DNA of 63,927 nucleotides, filler included, from Syncephalis fuscata S228 (GCA_025786725.1; 6 parts of 6 records of this genome joined end to end with filler, not necessarily neighbours in it), one strand, 5' to 3'; shown: positions 38,201-49,915, numbered from the whole stretch's first letter. A program made the numbers and translations. Notes: generated by a model not told the origin, from the sequence alone.

Positions 38201-38892
38201 TAAGCACGCTATTGGTTGTTTAGTGTAATTTGGCAGTTAAATAGCTATAATAGCTTCACATTTAAACTAAATATTTGTGTTATTAAAGATAAAATTGAGT
38301 GGTGAGTGTCGTTGGTTATTAAACTATTTATTTATCATTATTATTGTACTGTACATATCTATCTTGTATACACATACTATATGTTCGTCTATAGCATTAA
38401 TATTGTATGTTTTATTGCCATGTTTTATTAAAAAACGTTTTTATTCTAATTTTAGCATAACGTTACTTAGCTATATGATAATGATAGCTTTGCTACTACC
38501 CATACCAATCTATGCCTATAGCTTAAGCGATATGATCATACACATTTTATTATTAATTTAACTATTTAATTAATAGTTGCTAATTATTGGATACAAATAG
38601 AACATGCTTATAAATATAGCAATTTGATTGTATATAGTTAAGATGAAACCATAAGTTTATTATTATAAACTTGCACAGTTGAATATGGGCAACTAGATGC
38701 AAAGTTGTTGGCAAAATAATGATTTCATTGATTAAAGACTGGATAAGCCGGAGCATTGGCCAAAACTTGATATATAAATAGACTGGACGGTGTAGTTGTC
38801 AAATGGTCTTGCTTTTTACCGAATATATACCTAAAGTGTATTGGAATAGTGGTTCGATTGCACTACCAATGCTAATGTCTTGAAACCGTTGA

Positions 38893-41027
38893 TTATGCTG
38901 TATTTACAAATAAAGATATTATATGTCATATAATTAATGTATAAACCATCGATATACAATACTACTTACAACCTATTAGTATTAAGTTGTTGGTACACAT
39001 GGTGTATAACATGTAGTTAGTGAGTAATTAATTAATATATAATACAACTTACATTCCTCTAATGTTGATTTGTTGATAGATACAGTACATGATATATGAT
39101 TAGTGAATATCCAGTTAATATACAATACAACTTACTATCTATTATATTAAGTAATTGATACACACAGTACATATTATATAATTAATGTATAATCAGCTAA
39201 TACACAATACTACATACCGCCTATTAATATTAAATAATTGGCACAGTCAGTAAATAGTATAGTTAATATATAGTCAGCTAATACACAATACTACTTACAA
39301 ACTAATGATATTAAATAATTGGTGCAATCGATAAATAGCATGTGATTAGTGAGTAATCAATTAATACACAATATCACTTACAGCCTATTAATATTAAATA
39401 ATTGGTACAATAAATAAATAGTATAGTTAGTGTATAGTCAATTAATATACAATACCACTTACACCCTATGAATATTAAATAATTGGTATAATCAATAAAT
39501 AACATAGTTAATATATGGCCAGTTAATACACAATACAACTTACCAGCTATTAGTATTAAATAGTTAATAACATTAGTAAATAGCATAGTTAATTTATAGT
39601 CAGTTAATATACAATACAACTTACAATCTATTAGTATTAAATAGTTAATAACATTAATAAATAGCATAGTTAATTTATAGTCAGCTAATATACGATACAA
39701 CTTACGACCTATTAATATTAAAGAATTAATACAGCCAGTAAATAACATAATTAATGTATAGTCAGTTAATGTACAATATCACTTACCCACTATTAATATT
39801 AAATAATTGGCACAATTAGTAAATAGCATAGTTAATAGATAGAAAATTAATATACAATACAACTTACTGCCTATTAATAGTAAGTTATTGATACACACAA
39901 TACACGATGTATAATTAGCCAGTAGTCGGTTGATATATAATGCTACTTACATCCTATTAATATTAAATTAATACACACAGTATATGGATATAATCAGTGA
40001 GTAATTAGTTAATATAAAATGCCACTTACTTTCTATTATATTAAGTTATCGATGCACGTAATTCATGATATATAATTAGTTAATACTCAATTAATATGCA
40101 ATATAGCTTACTAACTATAGCATTAAGTTGTTGATATACATAATACATGGTATATAATTAATTTACAAGTCAGCAACATACAATACAACTTACGGCCTAT
40201 TAACATTAAGTTATTGATAGATATAGTGTATAATATATAATTAGCCAATGCTCAAGCAATATACAACATAACTTACATGCTATTAATATTGAGTTATTGA
40301 TACACGTATCACATGGTATAAATTAGCACATAATCAGTTAATATACAATACAACTTACCCCCTATGTCATTAAGTTGTTGATACACACAATACATGGAAT
40401 ATGATTAATTTATAAGTCACCAGTATACAATATTACTTACTGCCTATTCGTATTAAGTCATTAATCCACATAGTACATCATATGCAATCAGTAAGTAATC
40501 AATTGATATACAATACAACTTACATCCCGCTAATATTAATTAGTTGATGGATGTAGTACATGGTATATAATTAGTGTATGTCCTATTGATATACAACGCA
40601 ACCTACCAGCTATAAATATTTATTTGTTGAAGCACACAGTACATAGTATATAATTAGTGCGTAGTTAGTTAATATATAATACAACTTACAATCTATTAAT
40701 AATAAATAGTTGATACAATTAGTAAATAGCATGTGATTAGTAAGTAAGTAATTAATATACAATACAACTTACCTTCTATTAATAATAAATGATTGGTACG
40801 ATCAACAAATAGCATGTGATTAGTGCAGTCAATTAGTACACAACGCAACTTACTGGCTATTATAATCATTATTTAGAAATACTGTTAGTAAGCATAATAA
40901 TATGATATATCTATTGTTATTGCAGCATACCAGCACGACGAACTAAGGCTGGATTGGCATCCACCATGACTGTAGCGGCCACAAGCGCAACGACAATGGT
41001 GCAAACGACGGCAATGGAAAGCTTCAT
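38893..41027 (-). CDS. Micro-exon gene encoding a secreted Cys-rich prepro-peptide (26 exons; 59 aa: MKLSIAVVCTIVVALVAATVMVDANPALVRRAAKDSAGCRACLKRCMGHSGCFCDKECS*)
   Basis: Exon 1 is 41027-40931 (97 nt, phase 1). Micro-exons, minus-strand sequence: 40856-54 CCA; 40775-73 AAG; 40692-90 ATT; 40609-07 CTG; 40529-24 CGGGAT; 40443-41 GCA; 40361-59 GGG; 40279-77 CAT; 40196-94 GCC; 40114-12 TTA; 40032-30 AAA; 39953-51 GAT; 39870-68 GCA; 39789-87 TGG; 39708-06 GTC; 39627-25 ATT; 39546-44 CTG; 39465-63 GGT; 39384-82 GCT; 39301-299 TTT; 39220-18 GCG; 39138-36 ATA; 39058-53 AGGAAT; 38972-70 GTT. The last exon starts at 38897 (CA TAA). All 25 introns are GT(A)...YAG and ~72-80 nt long. Confidence 0.9.
38898..40930 (-). 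repeat. Degenerate ~81-83-bp tandem array formed by the paralogous introns of the micro-exon gene
   Basis: Recurrent + strand motif ATACAATACAACTTAC-NNN-CTATTAATATTAA, 24 times. This is the reverse complement of ..TTAATATTAATAG-NNN-GTAAGTTGTATTGTAT. Confidence 0.92.
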
Positions 41028-41316
41028 GGTGATATTGATTTGTTAAGACAAACAAATAAAAGAGATAGTAGAGTGTGGTTGGTATAGGGTAGAGAGTAGT
41101 GTGTGTTTAGTAAGAAGTAGAGTGTGATGATGATATCGCAGTTGGTTGTGTATATTTTGTGGGCTATTTAAATCTATGGTTATGCTGAAGTACTGGTATA
41201 CTGTAGTATACGATATATACAATTGCTGTGTAATATGAACCAATAAACCAATCCAAACAGTGGTTTGAGGTGCACATGTACCAATAGATTCATGATGTGA
41301 TAACATGCTTCCTAGG

Positions 41317-41399
41317 CTTGATTTTAATCTGCTCGGCCCTGATGCAACCTGCTCAGTCTTAATTTTAACTTGTCCGGTCTTGATTTTAATCTTCTCGGC
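41317..41399. repeat. Four degenerate ~21-bp tandem repeats (CTTGATTTTAATCT[G/T]CTCGGC) upstream of the micro-exon gene
   Basis: The units are directly visible; units 1 and 4 differ by one base. Confidence 0.6.
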
Positions 41400-43159
41400 A
41401 TTTACGCAGCTGACGCGGCAATTTCAATGAGCAGTACATATACGATAGACATGTACATCATTCTGTATCTTCTGTTGCACGATTTAACTATTTGGTGAAA
41501 GCAAGATATTGTTTGGTTTTGTGAAAACGATAATGATGTCTTTGCTGCCATTTCTACCAATTCAGTCCTCAATATCTGTTGCATACAGAATAGCACACAA
41601 AACTGATGCAAAAACAAGCTTAATGTATCAAACTGGTATTTTATACAGGTTTTACTACCATACATAGGTCGGCCATAATTTTTAAATTATAAAGTGTGTT
41701 GATTGGTACATGTATGCATTTTATTCGACATTATGCCTATTGTTACAGGGGTAATCATTGTTTTGAATCCACAAATGCATCACATTCAGGCATATCATGC
41801 TACATGTCGTGCAACTGCCACCATTCAAATAAAGGCTAATTCTAATCACCTGAAACTGCCTATACAATAAGTACTATTTGTAGCATGATGCATCACAGCA
41901 TTTTGAGCAATGAAACAGTCCAACAAGTCATTTTTGTCATCAGTCTTCTGCTGTAAACTAGATTGCATCGGATAAACTACACGCAATACAATATGCAGAC
42001 ACTGAACTAGACACAATAGGAAGCCCTAACCAGTTACCAGCAATTTCGAGTGCACAATGGCTGTGAACTGCATATCAACCGGTAATCATACAAGGCCTAA
42101 CTGCTGCTTACATTTCTGAAACTACTTTTGACAAGTTAAGCAAGATAAAATGTAGAAGAACAAACCAAAGCAGAAACCAATGGAAAACAATTGGCAGCTC
42201 AAAGGTTTACTGGTTTAACCTGTGGCAAATTATTGTAGCTATGCTAAGCTGGACTGTGTTTATCAAAAGTTGGCTGTTGCTGATGCAACTAGAACAGCAG
42301 CAATGTTAAACCAAGATAATACACAGAAAACAGAGAGTTGTAAATATAATTGAATTAACAAGTTTAGTAGTTAAATAATGTTAAAATTCTATTCTTAGAT
42401 TTACAACTCAGCATTTATGATATCTGGGAATATTACATCACCCTGTTTCTCCCGATCATAATTACTAAATACAGTAAGCGAAAAGTAAAATCTAGATCTT
42501 CCCAATGTTTCTGATGTCCAATGACATCAACAAACATTCGATTACATTCCATTCCCATAAAACAAGTATTATCTACATATACTTACGTTGTTATAAATAC
42601 AGCAACAATCAAACACATAAAATAAAACATTATCCATTTAATCATATCCAATTGTTTCCCATTGAACTAACTGTTTACCACAACAAATAACTTATTATTG
42701 GCACTATAATTTATAATTCTGGCTGTTTGTATGGATAAATATTTACAATCACATTGTAACTTCTTATATATTTACATTTATACAACCATCAACTAAGCCA
42801 ACTACTATAAGACTTAATCTAATCATTTATTAGAGTAAGTAACTAACATTATACATTATTGTAATAATAAAAAGACATATTAACTTATTTATTGACCATT
42901 AATAAAAGTTGTATAGCTGTATATTAAAATAAAATAACAAATTGAGCGCGTAATACTTATATAATCAGATCATTTTTACTTTGACTTCACATATTTTATT
43001 TACTCATTTCACCATCTTTTTCTTATTACTATCTTATTACTTTATTCAGTAATATATTATCTGATAATGCCAAATATAACAATATAAATAGCATGCGTAT
43101 TTGAACATTAATAAAAACATTATTCAATCCCTAGTCTTTGTTTCTCTTATTTTACATCA

Positions 43160-43740
43160 ACACCTGTTCAAGTAACCTCAACGGCATGCCGTATATTCTG
43201 GTTACAACTGCCGCCACAAGATCTTCCTGGTGAAGACAGTCAGCCTATCATTATTGCATATGGTAGAGGCCATTTGCTTCATCAATGATTGGCAAATAAT
43301 CTGCGCCTACCAAGTTGATACCAAGAATGCTTAAGACAATGGTGAACATCAGAAACGCTAGTCGTCCTACCTTTTTGTCACCATAGACGAGTATCTTACA
43401 TTGCAAATATGCCCAAAATGCAACAGTAGAAGATTGGAGAATAGAATAGACTATTTAGATGCAAAGAAACCACACTGTACGTAGTAACAGCAACAACAAC
43501 TGCGGAACGATATGGAATCGCAATCAATGGCTTTTATTAATATTCTATCAATCTTTCTATGCATAGCCAACAACAACGATCGGCCTCATGAATTTCAAGT
43601 AATCAAATAAAGACACTATACTTGTGGTTTGTTATGCATAACAGCAGTAACAGTGGCTATCCTACGGCCACTTTGTTACAATTGACTTCAATTGGAACGA
43701 ATTTTGCTTTGAGGGCTTTAAATGTGGGAGTCAAAGTACA
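43160..43740 (+). mobile_element. Fanzor1/TnpB-like nuclease pseudogene (C-terminal RuvC/ZnF region) plus 3' non-coding end (copy 2)
   Basis: Allowing for frameshifts and stops it reads PIIIAYGRG/FASSMIGK*SAPTKLIPRMLK../FVTIDEYLTLQICPKCNSRRLEN../NCGTIWNR[N]/MAFINILSIFLCIANNNDRPHEFQ. This follows the Fanzor1 motif order (G..F...G..AP, DE..TS..C..C, C..WNRD..A..NI, RP..F). Confidence 0.78.
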
Positions 43741-44090
43741 ATAAAACCAATCAAATCATTGGCATTATTTTAAAACAGATAGTATAGCTGGAATTGTATT
43801 AAATATAACTAATTGTAATAGGTTAGGTTGCTATCCTGATAACATGGCCATATTGCCATGATAGTGTGCCTAAGAGATATATTGTATGGCTGGAAAACAT
43901 ATTACATTGAGCGGCACAATAATATATATATTGGATATCAGCGCTAATTACTAACAAACAACAAACAATTATGAAAATATGGCCTGTAGATGTTCGTTAA
44001 ATGTAATAACACTAATGATAACATTAAAATAATAGCAATATATAGGTAATCAATGTCATTTAATTAAAAAACATTAATTGATGTTTAAAT

Positions 44091-44537
44091 CTACTCATAG
44101 ATGAGCGATTCGATGACACGCTTGTGGGACTGGACACCATCCTTGAACCAGAGGGAGATTTCATGTTCGGCGCTCTCGACGCTGTCGGAACCATGGCACA
44201 AGTTGCGACCCATATCAATGCAGAAGTCGCCGCGGATGGTACCTGGAGCTGAAGCCAATGGGTTGGTGGCACCGAGCATGACACGGCCAGTCTTGACGAC
44301 TTCCTTACCGCCCCAGACCATACCGACAACAGGGCCGGAGGTCATGTAGGTCATAAGGCTTGGGAAGAAGGGCTTGCTCTTAAGATCGGCGTAGTGCTCT
44401 TCCAAAAGATCGCGTGTTGGGTGGATAAGACGCAGGGCAAGGAGCTGGTATCCCTTGCGTTCGAAACGGCTGATGATATCGCCGACCAAACCGCGCTCGA
44501 CGCCGTCAGGCTTGACCATGATGTAAGTGCGCTCCAT
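44091..44537 (-). CDS. NDK1: Nucleoside diphosphate kinase (intronless)
   Basis: [34 protein letters not shown], active-site RNLCHGSDS. Confidence 0.97.
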   Translation of the reverse strand: MERTYIMVKPDGVERGLVGDIISRFERKGYQLLALRLIHPTRDLLEEHYADLKSKPFFPSLMTYMTSGPVVGMVWGGKEVVKTGRVMLGATNPLASAPGTIRGDFCIDMGRNLCHGSDSVESAEHEISLWFKDGVQSHKRVIESLIYE

Positions 44538-45432
44538 AATGACGTTTAGGATGTAAAAGTTACAGTTGTCGCCTTAAAAGAGTGATCGAAATCCTATAAG
44601 CAAGAAGAGAAGAAAAAGAGTGGCAAGGTGCAAGTGATAGTGTGGCGCCGGAATTGTCCGCCTTTTTGAAACTTTTTTTTTCTTTCTTACATGGGCGAAA
44701 TTGTAGTACGTCGTACCACTTTAGAACTGCCACTTGTTCGGGTTGGGGCCCTTCTATCTACAAATGGGCAATTACTTCACGTGTGTTCAGTAGTGCTTAC
44801 GCATACGCTACACTGTAGAGCATTCATTAGAATATTGTAAAAATGTGCTACGTAATTAATAGCCATCATGTATGATGTACGATATATCAATAGGTCAATG
44901 GCACACGATAATAGCAAACCATTTATAGACAAATCTCAAAGAATGACATTTATTGCCAAACAGCAATATCAATGTAATACAAAATCGTCATTATTAATTG
45001 CAAGATTGGTAATTTGTAAAATATCAAACAGTAGTTTTCTATCGTGCCGCAATGTTATACCGTATCGGTACTAATATTATAAATGAAATGTATCACTGAT
45101 ACAGTTTACATTAAATGTTAAATCTACTAAATAAATATATAAATGATCTATTTTATTTGTTAATTAGTTAGTTATTGCTATTATGGAGTAGTAAAGTGCT
45201 GCTAGTATTAGTGAGTTAATTCAATAATAGACCGGTCGATTCACTGAAACCAAACTACTATTCTATTTATTTATTTTATAGTTTGCGGTTAAAACTGATA
45301 ATAATCACTGAGGGCGTAAAGGCCTAGCACGTCCTGATCATTATAATCGACAATAAGCAATTGAAATGATGATCATTAACGTTAATCGTCATGATGATAG
45401 CCGCAATAGTATTGCTAGCTATAGAGGGTGCT

Positions 45433-48400
45433 TTAAGGTGCACGAGAAGCACTTAGAGGTGGAAAGTTCTTATCGCGTTGATCGGCATCGAGTGGTACGG
45501 GTGGCACTTGAGCGGGCATCGGCTGATGCTGTGCTTGACGGAAGTCTCTAATGGTCTAGAAAGTGTAATGTTATAAGTATATTAATTCATTAGTTAATTA
45601 ACAACTATTTAACTTACCTTGAATTTCTCCAACTGTTCATTTAATTTTGGCATTACTTGAAGAGAATGCGTCGCTTTATCTTTACGATAGTGTAGATAGG
45701 CCCAGAACTTTTCTAGACCGTATAATTCACCGCGTCCAACGTCATTTAAGGTAATTTGCTGGAAATCATCAAATAAGTCTTGACGGAATCGACGTTCCAA
45801 ACCATAGGAAAAGAATCGGAATAAGCATTCTAATCCATAACTAAATAGCAGATACACTATTAATATAAGTATAAATATAAAAGTGTTTTACTTACCGGTA
45901 ATTGGCATTGGCATCTTCTTCGGCCAATTTGCGGAATTCATTGTACATACGGCGATTAAAGTTATGTCGCAAAAAGTGGGACCAGAATCTGAAAAGTGTA
46001 TTCATTTCCTGAGAGTTGCCAACACCCAATCGCTTACGTTCTATCATTATTATTGTTATCATTAGTTGATATAGATATATAGATATATAACTAATTAACT
46101 AACCTTTAAGAGCCTTGGCATGATATTTATAGTATTTATGTTGAATAAAACCATTTTCACGCAATAAAGCATGACTTGGATGTTCAAATACGGGAAAGTT
46201 GGCCATACTATCCATAGAACTTGATAGTAGTCCCGTTCCAGGTGATTTAGGCGATGCCGCTACTTGATATTGTTCACCTAGCAATGCATCTTGATGATCT
46301 GGCTCGCCACTAGTAAATCAAATCAATTAATAAATATTATTCATTGGTCAATTAATCGTGTCATTTGTACTTACCCAATGACCCAACCAACGGCTGTTTG
46401 TGCAAAGTATCGACGAGAATCCGAGGCAACTTGTGTATCTTTAAGTGGAAAGAATCGCTGTTTAGGCACACGTTTATTACTACCTTGTAGCAATTTCTCT
46501 TTATGTTGCTTTTGTTGTTGGTCACGCATTTCCTTCTTCTTAATTTTTTGACTCTTTGTTTTATCGCTGTAATAACGTAATTAATACATTAACCATATAA
46601 ACACAACACCATAAACTCACATTGCATCAGCCAAATGTATAATCTTACTCGATATATGACTGCCACCACCACTGGCCATATATGAGGTGTGAGCACGAGC
46701 ATTACTTTGCATCTCTGCAAATTGTTCTTCGCTACTACTCTCAATACACACACACACACATATATATATATATATTAATACACATTATATTAGATATATA
46801 ATACGCTTCTTACCTAATGGTTTCCACTTTATGATTGGATGCAAAAGGTTGCTCATATTTCCTGTTCCATCTTATTAGTTACTAATGCGTATTAATCAAT
46901 AAATTGCTTACTTTTTCTTTCGCATATCCAATTCATAGTAATGAAGACCTTGATTAATCATATCGTTGACGTCATCTAACACCATAGTTTGTATTAGTTA
47001 TTATACTTCATTTGTCATACTTATAACTACCATTAAACGCTTTACGTTCAAATGACACATGAGTACGATCATGTCGTTTCTGCGTAACCAGCACTAGAGC
47101 GGCCACTGTATCGTCATCCAACTCTTCGTCATCGCCCCAGTCGCCTTCCAAGTAATAATCATTCTGTGTATCATACTTGTAGCGACCATAATCCTCATCG
47201 TCGTAACCATCTTCGTAGTCACTGTCACCAGCAACTAGCATATCCATATCTATATCATCGTCATCGTCGCTATCATTGACGATAGCTCGACTAGATGATG
47301 ATTTAATAGTTGCTGCTGGGCGTATCGAGTCATCTCCGTCATCGGAGGGAGCTTCATATCGTTGAGATCGACCTGAAGCGCCTTCTGGCCACGTCTCATC
47401 GTCGTCAAAGGTAAAAACATCAGTTTCTGTAGTCTCTGTTGTTTTAACACTAGTTGTTGTAGTTGCAGACACATGCGACCCATTCAATGGATATTGAGCA
47501 TCTTTACCATTCGTTAGTGAATCGCGAGTACCACGACGTTGACGTCTATTCGTCTTCACCGTCCAACCGGCGTCCATTTCGGTCTTGCTTGATGGCTATA
47601 ATAATTCCACATGTAAATTAAATATCCCACCAATCCCACCAACACCAATGCCCTCTATTAATCCGTAGAATAACGATTATAATCACCAACGTCAATGTAA
47701 TAACAATATTAATGGTAATAATCGTAATAATAATAACAACAATAACTGTGTATTAAAATAAGTATGCAAATCGCTTATTGAATAGTAAACGGATAATAAG
47801 AAATAGAAAGATATATAAAATAACTAATGTCTGTCACGCAATCGCCTATGAAAGAAGCTCTTTCAGTCTATAATCCAGTTTAGTCCACTTGCTGGCCTTT
47901 CTTTCTTTCTTTCTTTTCTCTCTTTCTCTTTCTCTCTTTTCTGTCTCCACTTGTTCACATATGCAACCCACCGCCACTACCACCACCGCCACCGCCGTCC
48001 CAAATCCACATATTAATGCGACTGATTGGTTACTACCTCGGCAGTAGAATGACTATTCTCCGATGACTTATGGGCCGTCGTTGTATTGTTACTATCATTG
48101 TCAGGGGCGGTGGTGGTCGTCTATATTACAGTTAGTCAGTATTAATTACAATAACAATAGGCTAGTATGGCTAATTACTTGAGCGGTGACTGCAGTAGTG
48201 GCATTTGTTCCTGTTGAAGGGCCTGTCGTCGTCGTTGTTGTCTTCATTGATTCGGGTAGTAGCCAAGTCTTCCAATCGGCCTTTTTACGAACCATTGTAT
48301 CTTTAACTTCAAGTACTTCGCTTGAGGCTACAGCCTATTACATTAATATAAACGTATTGTTATGTTAATAGTCTACTCATACAATAATAGTAATAGTCTT

Positions 48401-49915
48401 ACCTCTAGTATAAATGAAGTAGACTGTGACAAGTTTTTAATACGATTAAATGCCGCTAGAATATCAATAGGCACGTAGCCTTCGTCATTCATCTAGTAAC
48501 AACAACAAGTATTATTGACCTATTATATACATCGCTTGTTTATTACTTACATGAGAGCGGAGATAAATGTCACGACAAAGGTTCTCAATACTGAAATAAT
48601 ATTCACTATAATGCTGGATTAATACAAGTGTATAAGTGTCATTATTGTGCAATTTACATTTGTGCCCGTAAATAGTGCTTAAGCGTATCTTGATCGGCTG
48701 ATGTAGGATCGGCCGCTACTGCAGGATAACCAGGAACACATGGATAAGCTGTGCCATAAACAGTTGCTGTATCAACATTTACATCTGGTGTACCTGATGG
48801 ATAATAACGAGCATTATGACGTTGTCCATTGCCATGTCCACGACCTATATATTCAATCAGCCATTATTACTAGTATTACTATTACTAGCTACTTACGATT
48901 ACCGCCATGACGACTGCCGCCGCGATGGCTTTTGCCACGCGTTGTATGACCGCGCGCATTGGTTACGGTATCGTCTTCACCACTTTTCTTGGCATTACCG
49001 CCCGCAGTCTGTTTATTAGTATTACTGTTATCATTAGCCGTAGTAGCTGCTGTAGATTTGGCACGATCTCCTCCTTCGCCATGTGCTTGTCGTGCTGCTG
49101 CTGTCGATGATGCTGATGGTTGCTGTTGTTGCGATGACTGTCCGCGTTTATCACGATTGCCGCCACTTCGACGAGCTGATCGGCCACCACGACCGCTACG
49201 AGAACGGCCTGTCGTTGATGATTCGTCTTTATCGTTTGATCCATTGGCACGATAGCCAGATTGACTCGTTGGCTGCTTATGCTTGATATCCACAGACATT
49301 CGAACCCATTTACCTTTGCCTATAACAACAACATTACCAAGTAAGTTAATATCTACTTTTACTATTATTATTATTATCATCTTGGTAATACCTTTCTTAT
49401 CCTTCTTTGCTTTATCTTTAGCTGCACTAGGGGCAGTGCCGGCCTGCTCATTAACGCCATTAGATGTACCGTTTGCATTACTGGCATCCGATGATGCGGC
49501 CACGCCACTGGATGCACCCGTTGACATGATTATCGCAGCAGCTTCCTGAGGCACTGGCCACGCCACTGGATCCTCAATTTGCGGTGGTACAGCTGTTTTT
49601 GACGGTGTAGATCCGCTGCTACCGCCGCGTCCCTTTTTCTCAGTCTTTTGTTGACGTTTGCCTTCTCCTATATGCATAATCAATCAGTCACTTTCTCTTC
49701 TAGCCTATTACGACATTACCTTCAGCGCTAGTCGTAGCAGTAGCCGCAGCAGTCGAGTTGCTTCCTGCATCGCCCGTGACTGCTGGCTTGCCTGCTTTCC
49801 AAGGATTAGCGGCAGCTGCTTTAGCTGTGTCTGTGGTAGGAGCAGTGGCATGAGCGGCGCTCTGTCCAGCAACCTGATCCACAGACGACGGCGTAGGCAA
49901 GCGAGAATCAACCAT
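45433..49915 (-). CDS. LARP1: La-related protein 1 (La motif + DM15 repeats), multi-exon
   Basis: GKGKWV, La motif (QI|[18 protein letters not shown]|[19 protein letters not shown]), and DM15 repeats ([61 protein letters not shown]). Confidence 0.92.

Noticed and set aside
38898-40930. CRISPR array or plain minisatellite; ORF 39374-39748 as a repeat protein
   Set aside because: The context is eukaryotic, the variable parts are only 3-6 nt, and the conserved parts are splice signals. The ORF is an incidental read-through of the introns.
44091-44537. GC-rich intronless NDK as a horizontal transfer
   Set aside because: The protein is a typical eukaryotic group I NDK. C-ending codon bias is expected for a highly expressed gene.
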